Made by a program: the position numbers and the translations under genes
Source: Balanoglossus misakiensis
Taxonomy: Eukaryota > Animalia > Hemichordata
DNA: 64,000 nucleotides
Assembly: GCA_040954595.2 (NCBI GenBank)
Contig: CM082581.2
Coordinates: 6,812,699 to 6,876,698 of the forward strand
Direction of reading: 5' to 3'
Shown here: positions 1 to 12,162 of the stretch, one piece after another
Position numbering within the stretch: position 1 is the first letter of the stretch
Layout of the letters: the number at the start of each line of letters is the position of its first letter
The notes under the pieces: model-generated
What the model was told of the DNA's origin: nothing
What the model saw: only the letters and a program-made list of their open reading frames with translations
The model's database searches: none

Positions 1-575
1 GTTGTGTTAATAGTCCTGTATATATTTTCAAAGTCTGATGACTTGTTTATATCAAGTCTGTTGCCAAATGAAAACCACATGAATAGTTAAGGTCACCTAG
101 GTCATCGGTTTGGCTTGTGTAAATGTGGGTTTGAGGTTATTTGACAAATATTTGGGGAGGAGGGGGTGTTACTGGGTTTTTTTTTCATGCACAATTAGAT
201 TTTCAGGGGGGTACAGTATTTTTTTAAACCAAGAGCCGCAAACAACCCTGTCACACAGGCATATGTTTTTCCAGTATGCTAGGGCATAGCAGAGTATGAG
301 GTCATGTGCAGTGTGATGTTGTGTTGCGTTGTTATCAGAGTTGGGATTGAGCATATGCACGTGCTATTAAAGTGGACTTACCAGGCTTGAATGGTGGGCA
401 GCACCTTAGTTGGACGTACTTGGGACACCGAATGATTTTGTCAGTTTCGGGTTTTCAGTGGGTATTTGAGAATTATCTGAGTTGATCACACGGGGGGTGG
501 ACATAGCATATCCGGTGTTCGAGGAAGAGGATGTGTGGACTTTTTTTGTTTTAATGTCCTGTGTTCACATTTCAG

Positions 576-3500
576 ATCGTGGAAGAGAAGTCGCAAGAGC
601 AAGACGACGACCAATCAGATGAAGGCATCGGCGGCAACGGAAGCGACCACTCGGATACCACGGAGAAAGCTTCAGTCCAAGACTTGTCCCCCACGGAGCC
701 GGAGCCAACACCGGAGGGGGTCACGGAATCTCCCAAACGAGTCTCGGCGCTCATCAGTGCCTTTGAGAAGACCAGTGACATTTCAACCGACACGTCGGTG
801 TCCAGCACAACAAAGGAGGAGGCGGAGACCGCGGAATCGAGCGAGGAATCCACAGAGGCTTTGGAGGCGGCCAAGGAAGTGATAGAGGATGTGTTGAACA
901 GATCGTTCGGGCAGGAAGAGATGAAAGAACAATTGGACAAGCAGAAGGAAAGTGAGGAGGGGGAGGAGGAGGAGAAACAGAAGGAAGAGGAGACGGAATC
1001 ACCAAAAACTGTGCCCCCACCACCACAGGTGGCCGACAAAGAAACTTACAAGGAAAAATTGAAAGATGACTACGATGAAAAATACGGCTCGATATCGAGT
1101 CACAAGTCGAGCGACAGTCGGCTGTCCGATTCGGAGAGTATCTCGACGATGGATAGTTTAGAGAGTTCCGAGAAAGGCGAGAACAAGGATGACAAAGAGT
1201 CTGATTCTGGTAGTGGCACTGCTACAAAATACAGGAAGAAAACAACTGAAGTGAGTTTCAGAGAAGATGAAAAATTGTGTTACTCTGTGTATGTGTGTGT
1301 CTTGTATTATGAGTGTCTGTGTGTGGATTGGCATAGCAAGCAAGCAATTCCAGGAGTGTATCAGGATATTTTAACCAACACTCACTGACGCAATGTAACT
1401 CAATATGAGAAGCATATGAAACCTGAAACGTAAATTTAAACCAAGTCAGTTTATCTAAACCGGTGGACTGACAAGGGCACAGTCTATAAATTTTGCTCCT
1501 TTTGAAGTGTTATATTCATTTTCCAGCATATCGCTGAATTTAAAGACAGAGCTGTCAATGATTCCATCTGATGACTGTATCAATTACACAAAGCCATGCG
1601 TATTGTAGATATGAAACTCTCTTTAAAGAGAGAGAGTATGTCAACAAATAATAAAGTCGCCATTCCCTTGAAATATTGATCCTTTCATCTCAAGGTCAAG
1701 GATAGTGTGTGTCGTGAACATCCACTTTGCAAAAAATATTAAATCCAAAAGTTGCAAGAAGTACTTGATTGACAGAAAATGTAACATTGTGTTTTGTGTT
1801 GCAGGAGGCAAAAAGCCAGTATAAAACCCTGAAGAAAACTCGTAAGTTCCTCATCGATGGGAAAGTGGTAACTATGACGACGCAAAAAGTTGTGCAAACT
1901 GGACAAGAAGATAGGGTTAAAAGGCAACACATTGAGAGGTTAGTGTGGGCTGAACCACTTTTTTTTGATAATTATTTTCTTTTGATGATTAATTTATTTT
2001 GATAATTTGTTTCAAGGTCAGCAGGAATGAGAGTGCAATCAGTTCTCTCTGAATTTATTTACTTATGAGATATTGGGATTGGGTCAAATGTCAGATTATG
2101 AGGCTATTAGAGGTCAAAGATCATACAAATTATTTTCATGGTGTCACTGAAGTTAGCCAGAGACAGAGCATGAGAAGTACTGGTCATATACTTAAGTAAA
2201 ATGATACCGTTGACATTTGTCTATTTAACAGTCGAGATAGCCAGCCTTATGTGTTCTCTCTCATTCGGCAAAGCTCCGTTGATGCGCAGGGATCTTTAAA
2301 AGATAATGTCTTCTCCCCAAGATGTGGATTTGGGTGGGAGATGAGTGGCAGTGTTGACACTTTGTGTTGTGTGTGTTCACTTTGACCGACAGGAAGCATG
2401 ATTTACGCGAGCTGAAGATGATGCAGAAGGATGAGAACAAACAGTTCAACAACCTGGCCTCCAAGATTCTGTTGCAGACCGAGCAGATGCTTACGAGACA
2501 GAAACTGGAAATGCAGGTAATGAAACCGTAAAATATCCATAGATTTCTAATTTCCGAGTTCCATCCGACATAGTCTGTCGCCCAGCTGGAATTTGTATTT
2601 TCATCAGCTGACTGAAATAGTGAATAATATGTCATCAGTATAACAACATTAAAATTAAATCAGTGTCAGCCCCACCCATATTTAGTATCCAACCATTTAT
2701 TATCCCGCAATTAATTTCTAAATCTCTTTGTCTTCCCACAGATGTTTTAAGTATACAACTCTTGAAATTTTCTGGGGGAAAAACTAGCGGTAACATTAAC
2801 ACACTTACCGGTACATGTACGCACACACATGCATGCACACACAAACCACATACGCACACACATGCCCACACACACATGTCTGATGCTAGTGGCCATTTTT
2901 AAATGCTAGTGATTTATTGGGTTAGCTATTGTAACATTTGTTATAGCTTTGTTGGGGATCACCCCATTAAAAACAGGGGGCATGAGAGGTTAATTACAGA
3001 TCTCGGTCTGCTGGGAAAAATATCTTCGTGTTGACTGGGATTATCTATCAGGGATGCTAATAATAGTAGTATCACATTTCACTTGCTTGTTAAATTCACA
3101 TGCTGATCAGAACACTGGGTTTCCCACATGTACAGTGTGTGTATTTCACCAGCGGTTGTTGTGTTTTTGTTCTCTCTGCTCCCAGAACTTGGTGAAGAAG
3201 TATGACACCGATGTGGAGATACTCAACAAGACACAGAAGCAACAGGTTGAGAAATTAGAAATCTCTCAGGGCTTGGAGAGCAAAATGGCGGCCAAGAAAG
3301 TTAAAGGAGACCAGGTTTGTATACTTCAGTGATTATCACAATTTTGGTAGCCTTATTTCAATCCTGTAATTCTCAAAGTTTGAAAAAAATTGGTTGGTTT
3401 AATACAGAGAAGCAGTTTGATGTGAACATTGCTGTGATTTTCACTTTCATTCCGTTTTCCCAAAGGAACGCGAGTTGAGATATTTCCGGGATAACTTGAA

Positions 3501-5679
3501 GAAAGAAGCGAGGGAAATGAAATCGAGGACTGGCAACAGCAGAGAGAGCAAACGGAAGAAGGAAGAAATTGACATGAAGCTGGAGGAGAAGGAGAGGGAA
3601 TTCCGGGCGTCGCAACAGAGAGCCATGGAGACCACCATGAAGAATATGTCTGAAATACACAAGGGCAAAATCGCCGGTGTGGAGAAGAAGTTCTTGACTG
3701 ATAAACATCAGTTACTGAGAGGTGAGTCTGGTTGCAATGTTAAAGTTTTGTTTGTTGAGAGGAACATCTTTTCAAGATACAACCATGGGATGTCTTGTTT
3801 TTGCTTGTGTCAGTCAATTATTTGTACACACACACACACAATACCGCACCCCCCCCCCCCACACACACAGAGTGTTTGGTCGTCATCTGGTCATGAATGC
3901 CAGTGAAAATGCCGCAAATTATTAGTATAATTAGTAATAGACTTATCCAAGTTGTTTTTGTTTCATTCACCACACAGCTCGTGAATCTGCAATATGGGAA
4001 ATGGAAGAGAAACAAATGCACGAAAAACATCAACAAAGTAAAAAACAACTCAAGGACATGTTCTTCCTGCAAAGACATCATATGCTGGCAAGACAAGAAA
4101 AGGTACGTTTGGGCAGTTTTAACCCCTCCAATTATTTGCATGTTTCTGGAGGTCGGTCCAATGTGACCCGATAGAGGGGTGGGTGTTGCATGGTTCCTGC
4201 CTCTCATTTTGTGTCCCTCTCTCCCCCCTGCAGGAAGTGGAACAAGTGAAGAGGGTACAGGACAAAGAAGAGTTGGAACTGGTTCTGAAGCAGACCCAGC
4301 AGAAGAAGAGACTTCCCAAGACTCAGAAGTCGGAGCAGAAAACAAGACTAACTATTTACAAGAAGAGTTTAAAAATTGGCAACGCGCTGAGTCAAGAACA
4401 AGAAAGAGACAAACTCAGACAGGTACAAGACTAAAATGTTTAGGTTAACTCGCCAATTAGTGTTTTTGTGATTTAGTAAAAAAAAAATCACTAGCCATAT
4501 CGGTAAGGGTTTCCAAAGTTTTACTGGCACTCTTAATAATAAAACCTGCTCATCAATGAGCTAAAGTTAGCAGATTTGTACATTCATGCAGCAATATCAA
4601 CAAAGAGAAACCTCTCACATACTGTCAATTTATCTGTCCCCCCCCCCCCCCCCCAACAGTTCCAAGGTGGTGAAACCAAGCGATACAAAGCAGAACAGAT
4701 GAAGTTGGAAATGAAACACGCCAGACAGTTGGAAGAACTGAAAAATAACGCTGATGCAAGCATGCAGGAGCTGCTTCAAATCCATGTAAGTATTCCTCTG
4801 TTTTGTGACAAGTTTTGTTTTCCAAGCAGTGCACATTCTCTAAGTAGTCCCTTGGATTTTGTATTCTTATAATCTTGAGCAGTCCCTGACCTTAATAATG
4901 AGATTTCTTTTTATCCCGTCGTAGAATGAGAAACGCAAGACTCTAATTGAACTGGAGACTCAGAAATTGAAAGAGAAGGATGAGCAACATCAAAAGGAAA
5001 TTCGAGAATGGCGGGAGAGTCTGAGGCCTAGGAAAAAGGTAGGCAGTGAGTGAGTCCTGTGTGTGTGATTTGTGCATAGTTCTGTACTGTGTCATACATC
5101 TCATGAACTGCTGAGATATGCTAGTGTCTGATAATTGATGAGCATATTTTGTGTTTAGTGATTTGATTGACAGAAGTGTGTGCCCTTGGCTTACCTGTGG
5201 TAGTTTTTAAAGACAAACTTGTCTGAGTCTGGCTGTGTACGTGAGATGTATTGGACTTGCATGTGGTGCGTCCAATAAGTTGCACACAAGGCTGTTGTCC
5301 ATACATAGCCATACAGTGTATTGTGTGTGTGCCTATACTCGTGTTACATTTCCTTAGTCACTTTTGTCTATGGGGAAACTTTCCATTACCGATTTTCAAA
5401 CATGGCATTTTCATGGGTCTCACTTCTCCCTTCCATTGTAATATCCTTTCCCAGGCCCTGGAAGAAGATTTTGCCAAACAGGTGGCCGACCAGGAGAGGT
5501 TCTACGCCAGTCCCTCGACACCACGCAGCATGCAGGCTGGCAACGGAGTAGGCAACAGTGTGCCCACCACGCCGCAAGAGGAGCAGGCGACGTCCATGAT
5601 GACGTCACAGGACACAAACACCGGGGAGGACGCGGCCGAGATGTCGCGAGCGAACAGCGTCACAAATCCAAACTACTAA
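576..5679 (+). CDS. SLK: SLK/STK10-type Ste20-like kinase, 3' part: acidic linker plus C-terminal coiled-coil (PKK) region; kinase domain lies upstream of the window
   Basis: Exons 576-1250, 1805-1938, 2393-2516, 3186-3314, 3466-3721, 3978-4102, 4234-4422, 4660-4785, 4925-5038, 5455-5679 (TAA). All junctions are GT-AG and frame-consistent. Diagnostic motifs: KTLKKTRKFLIDGKVVTMTTQKVV, RKHDLRELKMMQKDE, QLLRARESAIWEMEE, KKRLPK, NEKRKTLIELETQKLK, WRESLRPRKKALEE. Confidence 0.93.
2817..2877. repeat. Degenerate (CA)n microsatellite in SLK intron
   Basis: gcacacacatgcatgcacacacaaaccacatacgcacacacatgcccacacacaca. Confidence 0.7.
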
Positions 5680-7651
5680 CACCCTCCTGCTTCCCCTGAA
5701 ACCATAGCACAATCCTGGCCTCTATAGTAACTCATGGTATCCTACGGAAAAGTCGTGGGATCAGGGTGGTTATGCTATATCCTTGTATACCGACGTTCAT
5801 TTTCCGATGTAAGCAGAACAAATCTAGCCATATTTACTCGTTTTATGGTGAAGAAACTGCGAGGCGGGTGTGAAAAGCTAGGAACAAAGAAATCAGATTT
5901 ATAAAATTAAAGGTTGAACAAATACTGAGTGTGATCAACGACCAAGTCCGTCGTTTCAATCACTCACTTTACTAATGATGAAAATACCTTGATATAATGT
6001 ACATTATTTTATTAATTTGTTAAATTTACAGACGTTTATCCAATAACTCATCTCGCAGACTTTCTCAAGAGAGTGTGTATCAAATCTTTTTTTTCTGAAA
6101 ATGCTTAATATTTCCCCACTGTTAGAGTGAGGTCTAGAAATCAACACTTGTAGTTTTGTGAACACATTTCATGCCAGTGCAAAGAACATGCCCTTACGGA
6201 CAAACCAAGGCATGTTGCAAGAATCTGATTCTGAGAATCACCTAGTCGTCAGAGTGCCATATTTGCTTATTAGCCTAGTCATTTTCTGTCTGTGTGTAGT
6301 AGATGTCCGTTCACTTGATAAGAGAGATCATGATAATTTTTCTGGCCATGGTAAATTTAAAGGTGATACCAAGATAAATTAATACTCTAAAAAAGACATG
6401 TATACCACTGAATAAATCTGTGTATTCAGAATGCTTTAATATATAGAACTGCTGAGGTTTCCCTGACTTTAGGATTTTCTGTATTATCTTTGTTTTATGT
6501 GTATTTCATAAATTTATACAAGTTGAACAATATAGGAAAAGATGACCCTTTTTTGGACTAAATTATAGCCACTGTCCAATCCCATCTAATCTCATTTTCA
6601 CTCCATTGAAGTTGATGATTTTATCCCCAACTTATCAATGGGGTTTATATGTACCATGTTTGTCGCTCTGATATAGCACAATACATTGAAAATTGCTGAA
6701 CTTCATGATTCTGAAAGTGCTCAATTTCTGGGGGGCCGTCGTCGTCTTTTACAGTGCCTACACGATGTACACCTTGCTGTTTAAAGCATTTATTGCCAGT
6801 TTCTTCATCAACACAAAACTGTGCTCACATTTAAGGTCCCATTTGCATCCATTAATATGCAAATAAAAATAGGCTGGAAATGTATGTGTTTTCATTTGGC
6901 ATGGTGACAGATTTTGATACGTGTATGTTCAATGCACACAGGTTTGCAAGCAGACTTAGTGTCTGGGAGCTTGTAATGAATAACATGAGGGCCCGGTCAT
7001 TATTTGTCCTACTTTGCATTCGTCTTTTTGTTGGACTTAAGCATAACTGGAAAGGTATATATTGCCACACATGTTATCATCAAACAACTTGATATCTTTA
7101 AACTATAGAAAAACTGAATTGTTTGTACGGATCACATTTTGTTGCAAGTTGATCAGTTTCTGTTGTATGTTCCCATGTAAACCAACATGGCTACATGCTT
7201 ACTATATAAATTTAATGTAACTGATCATTTTTCCCCACTTTTTTTCCTATGCTTTGTCATCTTGTAGAAAATTTGAATAGTACACTGGTCAGTATATGAA
7301 ATGTATTTACCTGTAACTCTCTATTAATCAGTGTTGTACCTTTTTCGTGCTCTTTCCTTTGTATATACATTCCTTGAAATTTTGTGCATTTGTACGCAAA
7401 CTTGCACGTGGTCTTTGGAAGTTTGCTCCCGTTTAATACATGGTGTGGGTTTTCCCCCCTCAAAGTTTAAAATACCTGATGTTTTCAGAAGACAGGTGAC
7501 CACCCCTTAAGAAATTCAATGGGTTGATCCTGTTTAATTGTTGATCAAAAGACTTTCATTTACAGGGCTGTAGTGTATAGGGGTAGATGCAAAGTCCCTG
7601 GAGGGACTGTGGGTGGATGTATACGTTAGTATAGCGGGTGAGGTCCTTATA

Positions 7652-7803
7652 CAGTCAAACCTGTCTAGTGCGACTTCCCCAAACTGTCCTTTGTAGACGG
7701 ATGGTCTATATAGACAGATCAATTAATGCACATGTAAATTGCACAAGGACTGTTACAAAGTGGCCCCACTATATAGAGGTGGTCACTAACGCAGGTTTGA
7801 CTG
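7652..7803. mobile_element. 152-bp Tc1/mariner (pogo-like) MITE in the probable SLK 3' UTR
   Basis: Perfect 12-bp TIR CAGTCAAACCTG ... CAGGTTTGACTG, flanked by TA at 7650-7651 and 7804-7805; no coding capacity. Confidence 0.8.
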
Positions 7804-8324
7804 TACCATTTCTGTTATATGAATGACCTCCGTGTACAACCAAAACATAGCGTTTATGCAGACAATGGGGATAGTAGATAATGTCTGGATTTTTTATGTT
7901 GCCTTCTGGGTTGACAGATGGCCGCATATATAGTATTTTGTAATCAGAGAAAAAAAAATGGGGGAAAAACTATGCAAGGAGGCATCTGTGTTGGTATCGT
8001 GAAGTACACTCACAGCGATAGAGGGCGCTGTGACCTGCTACTCAAGTTTGTAAATAGGGATCAGACAAGACAGATCTGGAAGAGGGGTTATATAGAATTG
8101 TACAGGTCTGCAGTATTTGATTATTTTGAAATTGACTCATTTCACCAGTGGGGTGTAGCACATATCTGTAGAATTATTTATTCCATTTTACCATACAAAG
8201 AAGTTGTTTGCTTCAAAAAATTTCATTAGTCGTAATCGCCAATGAGTAACAGTTGCCATGGGAGGTGGTTTATTTTTTGTGTCAACGCATTCCTTTTTAC
8301 GTTAGTGTTAATTTCAGCCTGTGA

Positions 8325-8330
8325 AATAAA
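8325..8330 (+). terminator. Candidate distal polyadenylation signal of SLK
   Basis: AATAAA followed ~30-60 nt later by GT/T-rich sequence (tttgtgtgtgg, ttttattgtgttgtt). A proximal AATAAA also lies at 6411. Confidence 0.5.
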
Positions 8331-9064
8331 AACCGGCTTCATCAGCTGATACCAAAAATCTTTGTGTGTGGAATTTTATTGTGTTGTTATAGTGTATGCA
8401 TGGGCTTTGCACTAGCCAGGTGTTTATATGTACATTTTTAGGATCATCATTGATTTTTTGTCACCTGGTCGAACAACGGAGAACGGCGCATATGCATGAT
8501 ATGTTATACAAGTAAAATTACAATAAGTTATGACGAGTCTGGGCACCTGGTTAATTTGAATATTAACAAGGCTTTCTGATTGGTTGGGAAAAGTGAACAG
8601 GTGTTTATGCATTTCTAATTGGGGCGTGCTTGATTCATTTTAGTCGGGAGTTCGAAGCAAGAAACACCATTGCGTGGTCGCTCTGTGGTAAGATGACGGA
8701 AACTCTAATTGATTGGGAAAAAGTTAGTTTTATCTCAAAATGACTTTAAACGAACCAATATACAGAAGGTTGAATTTTCTTGCCACTGTTGGACATTGCC
8801 AGAAATCTCAAATTTCCGAGGGAGCTGAAAGGATTCTTGGGGCGCCGCGCCAGTACATCACGCATGGCCACTTTCTCTGGAAATATACGAAGCTGTTAGC
8901 ACAGGTACGTAAGCCAATAACTTGTTGCAAACTCAATTTTTAGTTCCGTATAACATCACAGTCGCTTACAAAGTCTGCCCTGCGCTTACGCGATAATATA
9001 CAGGGTTAGTCTGTAAATTCCAAAGCATTAATAGGCCTACATGCATAAATTAGTGACTGTATTT

Positions 9065-12000
9065 TCATGCTTTCCTTGCGGTGATACTCTCGATTTTCTC
9101 TCGGAGGATCTTCTCCCAGTCATCACCCTCCCTCAGCAAGGTGTGCTTAGTTGGCATGGTTTCCATTGCTTCTACTTCTGGTGTCTGTTGGGGAGTGAGT
9201 CCTGCTTCAAGAACAGCCTCTGGAAATTTCACAGGCGACGCTGTAGCTATACAAATTGTTGGCATTTGTTTCTCATCAGTCATTCTGATAGAAAAAAAAT
9301 GAAATAGAGACTGATATAAAAGGACTGTTACATCTAGGTTATCGTATGCTAGTCATGTAACACATGCTTTAAATGATAACCACAATATTAATATATAGTA
9401 CATTGGACATGAACGTCAATGGTAAGAAAGCAAGTCTGAGGATACTATACTCTGCATTGCTCTAACTATGTCTAACTATGTATCCTGGGTAACAAAACAT
9501 ACCTTCGTTTGTCGTAATAATAGCCAACACCAACGGCAGTATGTGGGCATATCAGGTACTGGTTGTCATGCCAACATTTCTGCATCACCTTTAAGATCCC
9601 ATCGTTATCAAGGGAGTAGGCACTTAGAACAGACTGTAGCTGCAAACACAGGTATAAGGCAGTGGACCACTCAAAATTTAGAATATTGTCATTTTCCTTA
9701 TTTGCTTTTGTGCATGCAAATACAGACAGACGGTATTGGACTGAAAGTTGTGTGACGGTTACTATTCTATATATATTGTAAACCACGGTACACAAAAATG
9801 TTCTATTGGTTCAAGACAGTTGTTTACGTTTTACACATTACCTTTCTCTGTACGTGCTCTGGAAGCACAGCCTTTCTGTTCCCATTGAACTCTTCCATCA
9901 GAGTTGAAACCAAATCCGCGTTCTTCCCAGAAAACAACCAAAGTAGACGTTGAACATTATAGGGCATCTGAAAGAAAATCAGTTGTAATAAAAACGTTAA
10001 CAGACAGGCATGTGATTGTCGTAACTGAAGAGGTTTTATCGTTATTGCATTTTACTAGTACACCGTGTACACCCCTGATTCCGTGTAAACATTTCAACGC
10101 ACCTGGACGTCCATCGCCGAAGCCCAGGTTTCCACGACCTCGGCCGATGAATAGTCTCCGTTCTGAATTAATCGGAGTATGGTGTCATTCGTGTTGACAG
10201 CAGCGACAATTTTGATTGGAAGGCCCATAAATTTGGCCATGCAACCAGCTAGTAGAAAAGGGGAAAAATCGATGTAACTGAATTTAGGCCTAAAAAATTA
10301 AATGCATCGCTTGTATTACTAGAATATTCATTACGCTTCACAATTCATGTTTAAATCTTCACCATCTGTAACTTTTGGCTATTTTTTCATATGTCATAAT
10401 GTTAAGCGGCGAAAGTACATGGCAATCACTCCCATACATCGGCAATAGTCGTTAGCCTGTAAATTATGGCTTCGTCTGACTCATTACCGGTAATATTGCC
10501 GCCTCCACCAGTTGGAACCACGATTTCCACCGTTTGGTCACATGATTCACAAACTTGGAAGTAAGAGTGGAAGAATTGTACGATTTGAACCATGATACGC
10601 GCCCAGTTTGTTGAACACATGGTCAATACGTTGTTTCTTTCTTTAAACGCTTCGTCCTTGTAGATTTTCGCGACTATTTCGTCAATGCCGTCACAGGTCG
10701 TGTTTTCCCCTATTTCAGTGAAGAGAGAAGAGGTGTTAATTAAGGGATGAACAATCGTTTTGCCTGATATTGTGTGTGGACGGCAAAAAACCAGATCTGG
10801 CAAAACCTCGAGCTACGGTTCTGCAGCTGGATTGCGTGATGCAACTGTATAACAGCATAAATAAAGCATTTAGAACTACGATGTCTCATAAACATAACAA
10901 ATGTAAAAGGCCAAAAGCCATAGTCGCAAACCTGCCATGACATGAACGTTGTCATCCAAGACCGTGGTCATCATAAGTTCTTGTCTTCTCGTGGGTTTCC
11001 CCCGTGGATATACCACAATGATATCTACCCATGTAAGACCACGAACGCCCTCAATGGCTGCACTGCCGGTATCCCCCGAGGTTACTAGGCAACAAATTGA
11101 GGTAGGAAACTGTCAGTGAGTTTGTTTGGAGTTTCTGAAAGTCTTTTCATGTGAATTCTTTCAGTTACAAACTTATGTTTGAAGTCACTCCAGAAAAGGT
11201 CTTTTTCCGAATTTGATTTATACTGGGGGGCTTTCATATTACTCTGTACATGTACCTTTATGGAGAGAAAATGAAACAACTATCGTGATTTCAGAGTTCT
11301 CTTACCCACAACAACGGTGACACGTTTCTTTCTTTTATTCAAGAAATAGTCTAGAAACTGTCCAACACAAGAGAGGGACAAATCTTTGTATGCCAGTGTC
11401 TTCCCGTGCCACAGTTCCGCTATGTTGAGGCCATCCTTCAGGTTAACATCTTTCACAACTTCTTTGCACGCGAATTTGGTGCTTGTTTTGTCAATTAACA
11501 CTGTAGGGTAAACACGGGCAGGAAGATGGAGAGAGTATTTAGCAAGCTCACACGAGCATCACCTGTTTTCATTCAATGTGATGGGCAATGTGGTCATTCT
11601 GTAGAGATTCTTGATGTCTTGAACCACTTATAAGGCAGACGGTACTTGTTCAAAATTGGGGAGGAAAATATGCAATGAGTATAGGTGTTCATGTTAACTT
11701 CTCTCCATACAACCAGCCCTGGAGGCAATTATGTGACTATGGTCATATTTTCTCGCCCAGAGCCACCAGGACATGACTGAAGTTATTTAATTCATTATTT
11801 TCTTCGTGTCATCGGTGAGTCTCTTTGACAATTTTGTGGACCATTTTTATGAATATTAAATCTGGTGACGTAACAGGGAATGTCATTGGCGGGGATTGTC
11901 ATTGGACTCGAGAAATGAAACGTAATATTAACAAACCATCTAAATCTTTTCTCGGGATTTCGTCTTCACTGACAAACAACGGAATGATCTGCTTGCACAA

Positions 12001-12162
12001 CTCGGGGTAAGACAGATCCTTCCATCGTTCCAAGGTGTCCCGGGAAATGACGGGAATGGACTCCGGCATCAGGAGACCACCGTCTTTGACATATCCGGCC
12101 GAAAATAAGGCTTCTTCGAAACTCCAGCCCGAAACTCCCCCACAGGTGCTGGTGTACTTCAT
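9065..12162 (-). CDS. THNSL2: Threonine synthase-like 2 (PLP fold-type II phospho-lyase), copy A, 474 aa
   Basis: Exons (minus strand) 12162-11937, 11500-11306, 11084-10932, 10709-10488, 10248-10103, 9967-9842, 9639-9503, 9284-9065 total 1425 nt with an open frame. Motifs: [27 protein letters not shown] (PLP lysine), [46 protein letters not shown]. Confidence 0.93.
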
